In this document: positions 13,901 to 25,976 of the stretch, in pieces
How the letters are laid out: each line of letters starts with the position of its first letter
How positions within the stretch are numbered: the stretch's first letter is position 1
From: Macrostomum lignano
Lineage: Eukaryota
DNA: 64,000 nucleotides
Direction: 5' to 3'
Assembly: GCA_002269645.1 (NCBI GenBank)
Contig: NIVC01000349.1
Location: forward strand, 558,001-622,000
Program-made: the position numbers and the translations under genes
The notes under the pieces: model-generated
The model's input: only the letters and a program-made list of their open reading frames with translations
What the model was told of the DNA's origin: nothing
Database searches by the model: none

Positions 13901-14642
13901 GAGGGTAGACAGCGGAGAGGGAGAGGGTAGACAGCGGAGAGGGAGAGGGTAGACAGCGGAAAGGGAGAGGGTAGACAGCGGAGAAGGAGAGGGTAGACAG
14001 CGGAGAGGGAGATGGTAGACAACGGAAAGGGAGATGGTAGACAGCGGAGAAGGAGAGGGTAGACAGCGGAGAGGGAGATCCATCTCACCCATGAGAATCA
14101 AGCTCAATCAACTCACCTTGCCAGCCACTGCCAGCAGCAGCCGAAGCCGTCGAAGACCCCTCATCATTGGCAGTCCTGCACAGCAGGACAATCTTGGCCC
14201 TCCTCCTGGCGGCCACGCCATCAGGGTTGGTCCTGGCCTCGTCGGCCTCCAAAGCGTTGAGCAGATCGGCGAGGCCCTGAATGTACTGGATGGCGTGCTT
14301 GAGCGTCTCCACCTTGGACAGCCTCCTGTCCTCGGACTGCTCCACTGGCAGGCGCCTTCGTAGGCCTTCAAACGCGGCATTGATGGAGCGCATCCGCTTG
14401 CGCTCGCGCTGATTGGCCGCCTTGCGCTGATGGATGCGACGGAGGCGGGGGTCAAGACGGCCGCGCTTCTTGCCGGCTGGCTGATGCTGCTGATGCTGGA
14501 GCTGCTGGTGCTGATGATGAGGCTGATTGGGAAATTGCTGCTGAGCGTGACAGGCGGGCATCGGGGGCTGCTGATGAGGGTCGAAGCTGTGCGGATAAAA
14601 TATGGACGATTGATGATGATGCTGGAACAAGCTGGGATCCAT
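7927..14642 (-). CDS. PTF1A: Ptf1a/Fer1-type bHLH transcription factor; exon 1 14117-14642, terminal exon 7927 to ~8240-8282 (acceptor uncertain)
   Basis: The bHLH RKAANQRERKRMRSINAAFEGLRRRLP..RLSKVETLKHAIQYIQGL is followed by KIVLLC (cf. KVIICH), then a strong donor CAAG|GTGAGT at 14116. The downstream minus ORF 7927-8235 carries GHSLAWIDQ and RARIWRP, matching the PTF1A C1 (HSLSW) and C2 (VWTP) RBPJ-interaction motifs in the correct order. Confidence 0.85.
8280..10195. repeat. CT-rich 12-16-bp minisatellite (CTACTCTCTCTACC) in the Ptf1a intron
   Basis: About 1.9 kb tandem array with internal higher-order duplications. Confidence 0.93.
11185..11770. repeat. 23-bp minisatellite (GTAGACAGGGTAGATATGGGAGA)
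   Basis: Tandem copies visible. Confidence 0.88.
12265..12905. repeat. 15/17-bp minisatellite (CAGCCCCTGAAGAAA / CCAAGCCCCTGAAGAA)
   Basis: Tandem copies visible. Confidence 0.9.
13670..14075. repeat. 22-bp minisatellite (GAGGGTAGACAGCGGAGAGGGA)
   Basis: About 18 copies, ending ~40 nt from the Ptf1a exon 1 donor. Confidence 0.9.
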
Positions 14643-14644
14643 TG

Positions 14645-15520
14645 GCTGTAGTTGAGGGGCGATCCCTAATTGCTGCAGTTGAGGGCGATTCCTTGCTGCA
14701 GTTGAGGGGCGATCCCTAATTGCTGCAGTTGAGGGCGATTCCTTGCTGCAGTTGAGGGGCGATCCCTAATTGCTGCAGTTGAGGGCGATTCCTTGTTGCA
14801 GTTGAGGGGCGATCCCTAATTGCTGCAGTTGAGGGCGATTCCTTGCTGCAGTTGAGGGGCGATCCCTAATTGCTGCAGTTGAGGGCGATTCCTTGCTGCA
14901 GTTGAGGGGCGATTCCTTGCTGCAGTTGAGGGCGATTCCTTGCTGCAGTTGAGGGGCGATCCCTAATTGCTGCAGTTGAGGGCGATTCCTTGCTGCAGTT
15001 GAGGGGCGATCCCTAATTGCTGCAGTTGAGGGCGATTCCTTGCTGCAGTTGAGGGGCGATTCCTTGCTGCAGTTGAAGGGCGATTCCTTGCTGCAGTTGA
15101 GGGTCGATTCCTTGCTGCAGTTGAAGGGCGATTCCTTGCTGCAGTTGAGGGGCGATTCCTTGCTGTAGTTGAAGGGCGATTCCTTGCTGCAGTTAAAGGG
15201 CGATTCCTTGCTGCAGTTGAGGGGCGATTCCTTGCTGCAGTTGAAGGGCGATTCCTTGCTGCAGTTGAAGGGCGATTCCTTGCTGTAGTTGAAGGGTGAT
15301 TCTTTGCTGTAGTTGAAGGGCGATTCCTTGCTGCAGTTGAGGGGCGATTCCTTGCTGTAGTTGAGGGGCGATTCCTTGCTGTAGTTGAGGGCGATTCCTT
15401 GCTGTAGTTGAAGGGCGATTCCTTGCTGCAGTTGAGGGGCGATTCCTTGCTGCAGTTGAGGGCGATTCCTTGCTGCAGTTGAGGAGCGATTCTTTGCTGT
15501 AGTTGAAGGGCGATTCTTTT
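14645..15520. repeat. 23-27-bp minisatellite (GGCGATTCCTTGCTGCAGTTGAGG family), array A
   Basis: Tandem copies start immediately 5' of the Ptf1a ATG. Confidence 0.92.
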
Positions 15521-16134
15521 CTGAATAATAAATAGACACCTCCTTGTAAATATAAGTATAGTCGTTTTGAAGTCTTTAGATAATTTTTCCTTTTGAATTT
15601 GAGCTGCTTTTGGCCGCTAAAAATGAGGGAGTTATTCGCCTCCCACACGCAGGCTCTTCTGGTTGGTCGCGCTGACACCCGACCCAGGCCAATGGGGGAT
15701 CGACAACGAAATGCAGCAAGGGGGGGCAGTGAGGGGTGCGCGGGCGGTCCCGCTTTAAAATTTGATTCGGTTCCGGTTAAACAAATCGTTGATTGATTTG
15801 GGTTTGGTTAGTCAATCCTTTCTCAAATTGTTAGATATATTTTATAATGATTGACTATATAAATGTATGTTCAGGCAGAAGTTTATTTGGTGAAGTTGTT
15901 ACTGACAAGACGCCTGTTCTAGTACCTGTGCAGTGCAGTAATTTAATCTTATAATATTCGTCCATATGAGAGATCGAGCAGTACCTCTGTCACAGTCACC
16001 ATGCGGAGCAGATACAAATCTGTGCATAGAGACTGATTATATCATGCTTCATGACACATACTGTCCCCATGCTGATAGTGAGCCAGTTCTTAATCATATG
16101 GTATTGAGTTGCAGGATAACAATTGTACAGCCAC

Positions 16135-16985
16135 AGGCATTCCTTGCTGAAATCTTGAGGGGCGGTTTCTTGCTGTAGTTTATAAGCGATTCCTTGCTGT
16201 AGTTTATAGGCGATTCCTTGCTGTAGTTTATAGGCGATTCCTTGCTGTAGTTTACAGGTGATTCCTTGCTGTAGTTTATAGGCGATTCCTTGCTGTAGTT
16301 TATAGGCGATTCCTTGCTGTAGTTGAGGGGCGATTCCTTGCTGTAGTTTATAGGCGATTCCTTGCTGTAGTTTATAGGCGATTCCTTGCTGTAGTTGAGG
16401 GGCGATTCCTTGCTGTAGTTTATAGGCGATTCCTTGCTGTAGTTTATAGGCGATTCCTTGCTGTAGTTTATAGGCGATTCCTTGCTGTAGTTTATAGGCG
16501 ATTCCTTGCTGTAGTTTATAGGCGATTCCTTGCTGTAGTTTATAGGCGATTCCTTGCTGTAGTTTATAGGCGATTCCTTGCTGTAGTTTATAGGCGATTC
16601 CTTGCTGTAGTTGAGGGGCGATTCCTTGCTGTAGTTGAGGGGCGATTTTTTACTGCAGTTGAAAGGCGATTTCTTTGCTGCAGTTGAGGGGCGATTCCTT
16701 GCTGCAGTTGAGGGGCGATTCCTTGCTGCAGTTGAGGGGCGATTCCTTGCTGCAGTTGAGGGGCGATTCCTTGCTGCAGTTGAGGGGCGATTCCTTGCTG
16801 CAGTTGAGGGGCGATTCCTTGCTGCAGTTGAGGGGCGATTCTTCGCTGCAGTTGAAGGGCGATTCCTAATTGCTGCAGTTGAGGGGCGATTCCTTGCTGT
16901 AGTTTATAGGCGATTCCTTGCTGCAGTTGAGGGGCGATTCCTTGCTGCAGTTGAAGGGCGATTCCTTGCTGGAGTTGAGGGGTGA
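16135..16985. repeat. 24-bp minisatellite (GGCGATTCCTTGCTGTAGTTTATA / ..GCAGTTGAGG), array B, same family as array A
   Basis: Shares the GGCGATTCCTTGCTG core with 14645-15520. Confidence 0.92.
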
Positions 16986-17809
16986 TTCGTTGTCTAAAAT
17001 ACCCTAAACACAAATTAATAGTAAAATACACAGAGCTGCCATTCAGCCATGCAGATTCAGCCAGGTCACCACCACGCCATCACACAGAAGTCTTCTGTGA
17101 GAAAGTGTCAGTATGGCAGGGGTTGGTTCCTTTCTGCGCAGAAGAAAGAAACCCTGGCGATACCCTGCATGGTCCTTCAATAGGATTTTTGTCCACAACG
17201 GTCCAGACTAGTGGAACTGATATAGCAATACTATAACCATAACCATTGTTCCGCAGAACTGATCAAGAAGAGGGAGAAAGAATGATACATAATGAAATCT
17301 ACTTGGTTATTGAAGTCCTCAGTTGATGCGAAGCATGTAAAGAGCTCCCATCAGTCAGGTGAGAAAAATGAATGGAACAAAGACAATGCCAAGAACAAAG
17401 ACTTGAGGGGCGGGGAGTGTGGAAAGAAAAAGGTGACGAGGGGTCAAGACAGAGAAGCAGAAGAGAACAGAAACTGTCTTTAATTGGAGACCCTCATTGA
17501 ATGCTCATGCCGCCACAGGCCTTGTTAACACCTTTCACTTTCCAGATATTGCTTGTTTGAAAAAACATAACAAAACTCTTTCTCGCGCATGAACTGGGAG
17601 CCGCCCTGGCAACTACAGCAATTAAATTGAATTGGTCTCTGGGCTACGCCTGCAACGAAGACTTCTCGAATCATTTAGGAAGAAATTTTAATTGCTTGCC
17701 TGCTGCGCGGCGTGAAGAACTGATTTTTTTAAGAGGCCTACCAGAATCTGCTGCACCTGATCCGATACTGTCTATCTCTTAAAACCCCTCAGTCTGTCTC
17801 TGAATTCTC

Positions 17810-18430
17810 CTCTGCCCCACGATAAATACCCCTCTGCCCCACTCTAAATACCCCTCTGCCCCACTCTAAATACCCCTCTGCCCCACTCTAAATACCCCTC
17901 TGCCTCACTCTAAATACCCCTCTGCCTCACTCTAAATACCCCTCTGCCTCACTCTAAATACCCCTCTGCTTCACTCTAAATACCCCTCTGCCTCACTCTC
18001 CCTCTACCTCACTCTAAATACCCCTCTGCCCCACTCTAAAAACCCCTCTGCCTCACTCTAAATACCCCTCTGCCCCACTCTAAATACCCCTCTGCCTCAA
18101 TCTAAATACCCCTCTGCCTCACTCTGAATACCCCTCTGCCCCACTCTAAATACCCCTCTGCCTCACTCTAAATACCTCTCTGCCTCACTCTACATACCCC
18201 CTCTGCCTATCTCTAAATACCCCTCTGCTTCACTTGAAATACCCCATTTGTCTATCTCAAATCCCCTTCTGCCTCACTCTAAATACCCCCTCTGCCTATC
18301 TCTAAATACCCCTCTGCCATACTCTAAATACCCCATTTGTCTATCTCTAAATACCCCTCCGCTTCACTCTAAATACCCTATTTGTCTATCTCTAAATACC
18401 CCTCTGCCACACTCTAAATACCCCTCAAAT
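17810..18430. repeat. 22-bp minisatellite (CTCTAAATACCCCTCTGCCTCA)
   Basis: Tandem copies visible. Confidence 0.9.
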
Positions 18431-19139
18431 TCTCACCCCACTCCTCAGCCATAGTGTTCAGCAGAGCTGCAGCACCAGAGAGTCCTGAAACTGACGCTTA
18501 TAAGCTTCTTATCTATAATTGCTACTCCCATATTGATATAAACTCCTACATGAACTTCTCGCTTAAAAAACAATTAGTGACATCTGTTCGAATTTTCAGC
18601 AGACCCCCGATTCGATAAAACAAATCACATTGCAAGAACTCAATAAGCTTCTTTAGATGTCAAACCGACAACCAGCAAGTCAAAATTAAATTGACCTTTG
18701 ACAGGTGACGTTAAAGCAACGATACGGACAGACTCTGAGGGGAAAGATTGATTGACAGGCAGATCGGTGGTTTAAGCAGCGAGCCTGGCTTAAGTCTGCT
18801 GCAGAAGGCTGATGAAGACAACCCTGTGTTTGGTAGATTGAAGCCGCCACTACCGCTTCATTTATTGCACAATGTCCAAATTGTCAAGAGATGCATGACC
18901 AGTGAGACTGAGGGGTAGGGAACTCGTCATCTGAATTGGGAGAAAAGTCGGCTTCAATGCCCGCCCCCGTTTGCTAAATTCCCACGGGCTTGCGAGCATG
19001 TGTCCAGGATCAAGATGATAGGCCCGCCAGGGACCGCTAGAAATATTACTTCTGGATCGGAAGCTCAAATCAACAATAAGATCAAAATACAAGTAATTGA
19101 GATTAACCGTGACTGAATTAAATTCTGTCATTTAAGTTT

Positions 19140-19720
19140 GTTTCATCGCAACTAATGTCTGTCACAATAGCGCAGTTTAATCACTATCACAACTAATGTC
19201 TGTTACAATAGCGCAGTTTAATCACAATCAAAACTAATGTCTGTCACAAGCGCTCAGTTTTATCACAATCACAACTAATGTCTGTCACAAGAGCGCAGTT
19301 TAATCACAATCAAAACTAATGTCTGTCACAATAGCGCAGTTTAATCACAACCACAACTAATGTCTGTCACAAGAGCGCAGTTTAATCACAACCACAACTA
19401 ATGTCTGTCACAATAGCGCAGTTTAATCACAACCACAACTAATGTCTGTCACAATAGCGCAGTTTAATCACAACCACAACTAATGTCTGTCACAAGAGCG
19501 CAGTTTAATCACAACCACAACTAATGTCTGTCACAAGAGCGCAGTTTAATCACAACCACAACTAATGTCTGTCACAAGCGCTCAGTTTAATCACAATCAA
19601 AACTAATGTCTGTCACAAGCGCTCAGTTTTATCACAATCACAACAAATGTCTGCCACAAGCGCTCAGTTTAATCACTATCACAACTAATCTCTGTCACAA
19701 GCGCTCAGTTTTATCACACT
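19140..19720. repeat. 41-bp minisatellite (ACAACTAATGTCTGTCACAATAGCGCAGTTTAATCACAACC)
   Basis: About 14 copies, period 41. Confidence 0.92.
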
Positions 19721-20094
19721 CATCAGTCCACAAGAACAGTTCCAGAGGTCCATGAAGAGAGTTGAAGAGGCCCGTGGCAAAGATTCTATACAGTCATTAT
19801 ACAGATTTGCCGGTTGAGCTGACCAGACTGCTCCCGTTGTGGCTTGCATGTTTGGCTATTAGAGAACTCGAATTCAGTTTACACACGGGACGATAACATG
19901 CCTACTGAGAGGCCTTAGCGTGTCAACCATCATCAAGGGGCGCGATGCAGTTCCACTGCAGTGCTTCAAAGATAGGGAAATTGAAGATTGCTTCTTCCAT
20001 ATTAAGTCTGAATAACGTCGATCTATATACAAATATAAATAGATGTATAGATCATAGTGTAACGCTATTCTGACCTCGAATTCGTCTCTCAAAT

Positions 20095-22215
20095 GATTAC
20101 CCAAATCGGCGCCACAATGACACCAGAATCGGCGCCACAATGACACCCTAATCAGCGCCATAATAACAAACCAATCGGCATCACAATGACACCCAAATCG
20201 GCCCAGAATGACACCCAAATCGGCGCCACAATGACACCCAAATCGGCGCCACAATGACACCCAAATCGGTGCCACAATGACACCCAAATCGGCGCCACAA
20301 TGACACCCAAATCGGCGACACAATGACACCCTAATCGGCGCCACAATAACACACCAATCGGCATCGCAATGACACCCCAAATCGGCGCCCCAATAACACA
20401 CCAATCGGCATCACAATGACACCCAAATCGGCGCCACAATTACATCCCAAATCGGCGCCATAATGAAACCAGAATTGGCGCCACAATGACACCAGAATTG
20501 GCGCCACAATGACACCAGAATCGGCGCCACAATGACACCAGAATCGGTGCCACAATGACACCAGAATCGGCGCCACAATGACACCAGAATCGGCGCCACA
20601 ATGACACTTAACTTGGCGCTACAATAACACCCAAACCGGCGCCACAATAACACCGAACTCGGCGCCACGATGAAACCTGGATCGGCGCCACATGACGCCC
20701 GAATCAGCGGCACAGTGACACTCAAATTGGCGCCACAATGACACCCCAAATCGGCGCCACAATGACACCAGAATCGGCGCCACAATGACACCAGAATCGG
20801 CGCCACAATGACACCAGAATCGGCGCCACAATGACACCAGAATCGGCGCCACAATGACACCAGAAAATTTTCGCCACAATAACACCAGAATCGGCGCCAC
20901 AATGACACCAGAATCGGCGCCACAATGGCACCAAAATCGGCGTCACAATGACACCAGAATCGGCGCCACAATGGCACCAAAATCGGCGTCACAATGACAC
21001 CCAAATCGGCGCCACAATGACACCAGAATCGGCGCCACAATGACACCAGAATCGGCGCCACAATGACACCAAATCGGCGTCACAATGACACCAGAATCGG
21101 CGTCACAATGACACCAGAATCGGTGCCACAATGACACCAGAATCGGCGCCACAATGACACCTAAATCGGCGTCACAATGACACCAGAATCAGCGCCACAA
21201 TGACACCAGAATCGGCGCCACAATGACACCAGAATCGGCGCCACAATGACACCAGAATCGGCGTCACAATGAGACCAGAATCGGCGTCACAATGACACCA
21301 GAATCGGCGCCACAATGACACCAGAATCGGCGTCACAATGACACCAGAATCGGCGCCACAATGGCACCAGAATCGGCGCCACAATGACACCAGAATCGGC
21401 GTCACAATGACACCAGAATCAGCGCCACAATGACACCAGAATCGGCGTCACAATGACACCAGAATCGGCGCCACAATGGCACCAGAATCGGCGCCACAAT
21501 GACACCAGAATCGGCGCCACAATGACACCAAATCGGCGTCACAATGACACCAGAATCAGCGCCACAATGACACCAGAATCAGCGCCACAATGACACCAGA
21601 ATCGGCGCCACAATGACACCAAATCGGCGCCACAATGACACCAGAATCGGCGCCACAATGACACCAGAATCGGCGCCACAATGACACCAAATCGGCGCCA
21701 CAATGACACCAAATCGGCGCCACAATGACACCAGAATCGGCGCCACAATGACACCAGAATCGGCGTCACAATGACACCAGAATCGGCGCCACAATGACAC
21801 CAGAATCGGCGCCACAATGACACCTAAATCGGCGTCACAATGACACCAGAATCAGCGCCACAATGACACCAGAATCAGCGCCACAATGACACCAGAATCG
21901 GCGTCACAATGACACCAGAATCGGCGTCACAATGACACCAGAATCGGCGTCACAATGACACCAGAATCGGCGTCACAATGAGACCAGAATCGGCGCCACA
22001 ATGACACCAGAATCGGCGTCACAATGACACCAAATCGGCGCCACAATGACACCAAATAGGCGCCACAATGACACCAGAATCGGCGCCACAATGACACCAG
22101 AATCGGCGCCACAATGACACCAAATCGGCGCCACAATGACACCAAATCGGCGCCACAATGACACCAGAATCGGCGCCACAATGACACCAGAATCGGCGCC
22201 ACAATGACACCTAAA
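20095..22215. repeat. 23-bp minisatellite (AATCGGCGCCACAATGACACCAG), ~2.1 kb
   Basis: About 90 copies with 21/22-bp variants; CpG-rich. Confidence 0.94.
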
Positions 22216-23089
22216 TCGGATCGGTTAATATGAGATAAGCAGACGTAAAAGATTTCAGGTGCAACATAAGGCCATGCAACCATGAGGCCAGCCCCACGGT
22301 ATCCAAGGCTGCACGCCTGCAGTCCCCGAGACTCAGTACGATTCGCATAGAAATAATCGTGAGTTTATTGAGAGAGTTTGAACGAAACCGGATCCGGTTT
22401 GAGCAAACTCTCCGCAGCGACCATCCAGGTTTAAGAGAGACAGAGACAGCCAAGGAAACTGATCCCCTCCAAGGCATGCACAGTCGAGCTTCTGTTTATA
22501 TTGGATCGCTTCTCAGATCGAATCGTGACTTCAGTTAGAAAAGCAGCTCAGCCCTCAGAAAAGTTCGATGTCAAATTTTCTTCTTTTTTCTCTTGAGTAT
22601 ATTTTTTCTCAGCTTCCTCGCCGGGACGGTGGCGCGCGGCCGGCCAATCGCACGTGCAGTTGGGGGGGAGGTTCCTTCTGAAGATTCGTGTGGACAGCAA
22701 TTACCAATTAAATTGCCAGGTGTTTGCGCTCGCGAACGCCTTTCATGACGCGTGCTTCAGTTTGCGCCGCGGCGGGTAAATGCAAATTTATGAGTTTTCA
22801 TTTTAATATGCAGAAGCAAGGGAACTGATCTCAAATTGCTGCTGATGACGGGTTTCAGTCAGCAGCAAATCATGGGAGTTAATAAAATTCCTCTGCTGCT
22901 TCGGATTTGCTACTGCAAACATCAAAATGTGCTACTGCTAGTAGAATAAAAGGGTAAAAGTATTTTATTCTTGCCAGAGATACTTCTTGGTGCTGGCGTC
23001 CCTCTTGCTCGCGCCCCTGGTGCTAAAGCCCCTGGTGCTAAAGCCCCTGGTGCTAACGCCCGTGCTACTGAAATACATATGTAAAGATA

Positions 23090-23580
23090 ACACCGAGTGA
23101 CACAACACCGAGTGACACAATTCATTAGCTGAGTGACACAAACACTGAGTGACACAAACACTGAGTGACACAAACACTGAGTGACGCATGCAGCACTGAG
23201 TGACACAATTCATTAGCTGAGTGACACAAACACTGAGTGACACAAACACTGAGTGACGCATGCAGCACTGAGTGACACAACACTGAGTAACACATGCAGC
23301 ACTGAGTGACACAACACTGAGTAGCACATGCAGCACTGAGTGACACAAAACTGAGAGACACAAAAATGAGTGACACAATACTGAGTGACACAACACTGAT
23401 TGACACAACACTGAGTGACACAACACTGAGTAACACAACACTGAGTGACACAAAACTGAGTGACACAACACTGAGTGACACAAAACTGAGTGACACAACA
23501 CTGAGTGACACAACACTGAGTGACACAACACTGAGTGACACAAAACTGAGTGACACAACACTGAGTGACACAACACTTAG
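23090..23580. repeat. 15-bp minisatellite (CTGAGTGACACAACA)
   Basis: Tandem copies visible. Confidence 0.9.
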
Positions 23581-25976
23581 TGCTCTTCGTCGAATCACGT
23601 TTGCCACGGACTTTGGGCGAGATTATAATCGATAGAGAATCCATATCCGCAGTGTCTCACCCTCTATCCAACAACAACTACACACTCATTAAGGCCAGAG
23701 ACCCTCACAAAGGCTGTCACAGCTCATGCTCGCTACTCTCAGTAGCATAAAGTCCCGAGCCACTCAGCTTTTCTCATACTCTCGGCAAAGCAGGACACTA
23801 CCAACCAGTCGACCAGAGACATTGCTTGCGTTGTTTTAGCAGCCAACAGAGCAAGCCAAAACTGCATGCCATGGGGTTTCCTTTCTTTTTTCTTGAAAAT
23901 CTGGAAGATTCAGGCGGTTCTTCCATTTCATTTTGAGCAAATATATATATTTTTAACCTTGCCAAAATATCATTTTTTTGATTTGTAATTTTGTCAAAAA
24001 ACGAGCCCAATGCGGGATGCGCTGTCAAGTTAACTACATACTGGCCTGTGACTTAAGAGTTGAGAGTTGAGACCTAGACCTGTTGTTAGGGATTGCAAAA
24101 TCCCGGTTTTTGTGATCTCGGGATCCCGGGATTTAATACCGGAATTTGGCCAATCCTGGTGGAATTCAATGATTTTTAAGGTTTTTGGTTGAAATTTTAA
24201 GGCTAAATATTGGCTAGACCGTTTTTTACTTCCATTTTTGATTGCTATAGAGTTAATGATCTATTTGTAGATGAAAAACAGCATTATCTTGTGATTGTGA
24301 CGTAATAAATAGTATAAAACTACTACTATATTAGTAGTTAAGAAGCAAATCAAAATATCAAAATTTGCATTTAAATCTGTGATGCACAAATTACAAATGC
24401 GATATTACATGTATGTATGTATGTATTGTGTATTGTTATCTTTATCTAACGAATGTAGAATGTTGATAGTATCGAGTAGAAAAATGTAAAACGAAAAGTA
24501 TTAATAAAGTTTCTAAAGCAGAAGCTCTAAATTGACTTGATCAATTGAGCCAATTGATCAACTCTCACTTTCACACAGCATCAAATACTAGCAACTAGCA
24601 GTTTTGGGCCCAGTTATGTTCCTATTCATATTTATATTAAATATGATATTTCAACACTTTTTGAAGAAATATTAATAAAAAAACTTGTCCCGGAATTCCC
24701 AAGCTAGAGCAAGGATTTCTCTATAGAAAGCAGGGACTCCTAAGTCCTAGGCTCGCTTGTCGCTTCGCTTAGGTCGTCTCTGCAAAGCGAGCTTAGGAGT
24801 CCCTACTAAAAAAAGAATAGCAAGAGAAATCCAAGGATCACTAGAAGTCCTTCTAGCTCGTAGTGGTCCAGTGGTCCTTGAAGAAATCAATTGACTAGAG
24901 GCAGGCAAGGCAACTTGCAAGCCCCTGAAGGACAGAAGGCCAGAAACCGAATCAATAAATGTACGAGTGTGGGGGTGGGGCTTGACTCGAGTACAAAAAG
25001 ACGATATCCCTAACCTAGCTAGCTAGCTAGCATACTGGTAAGGTGAGTCACTGGCTAACTTGCGGTGTTCCGACTCGAGCAGTGAGCCGTTAGTTGTAGA
25101 CTGTAGAGATAGCACCTGGAGAAGAAAGGCATGAGTCACGCTTCTCCCCCGCAAGTTGAGGACGGTATATTTTTGCTATGAATGGACTCGACTGCAGACT
25201 CTGGGTCTAGGAGGCCAAGGTTAAAGTTGTAACTTTACTTTCCAAGCATGTTCTGTTCAACAAATGTTCTGGATACTGACTGGGTGTGTGCAAGTTCCTT
25301 AGCAACATCAACATCGAGAAAAAAGTAAACTTTAATCTTTTAATTGGAGATCATAACTCATAAGTAAGTAGTACAGCTGGAACTTATATAATTTAGACTC
25401 GCAATTACTAATGCGAGTGCGACGTGCGAGTGGGAACAAATGGAATAGGCAGGCACACAGAAAATTTTTTTATCGGTTTCTCATGCATTTTCATTCCAGT
25501 CAAGGCCTCAAGAGTCAAGACAATCCCTTCTTACAGAAGCCCATTACCCGCCATTACCAAAGGGACCAACAGACATTTGTTCGCAAAGGGCCTTTGTTGA
25601 CAGATAAAGTTAGCAGTGCTGTATACGTATAAAGGTCATTTGAATTGTCTGGGTCTGGCTGGGCCGGGGACGAAATTTTATTGGTGCCTGAACAAGCCCC
25701 GACTAAAAGGGGGTGTTGCTTTAGTCAGCCATAATAAAATCCTTGGACCAAATTACTCTAGCCAATTAGATAACGAGGCGCTCAATGTACATTGCTGGGG
25801 AGTGTACGCACAGACCAAGACTTGCTATAAGCGATAAGGAAGACACTACACCCCTTCGGTTTGATTTTCTAGACTAGGCTTTATTTATTCATTATTGTAA
25901 AGTTGTAAACGCGACTTGAATTGATTGGGAGCAATAAACTGCAAGACTGCAAGTCAGCACAGCGCTTGATACGATA

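Noticed and set aside
19874-23644. Cys-rich ORFs (WCHCGADS, CCVTQ repeats)
   Set aside because: They derive from the 23-bp and 15-bp satellites and have no unique coding context.
24088-24720. hAT-like element starting TAGGGATTGCAAAATCCCGG
   Set aside because: No matching right TIR or TSD could be found.
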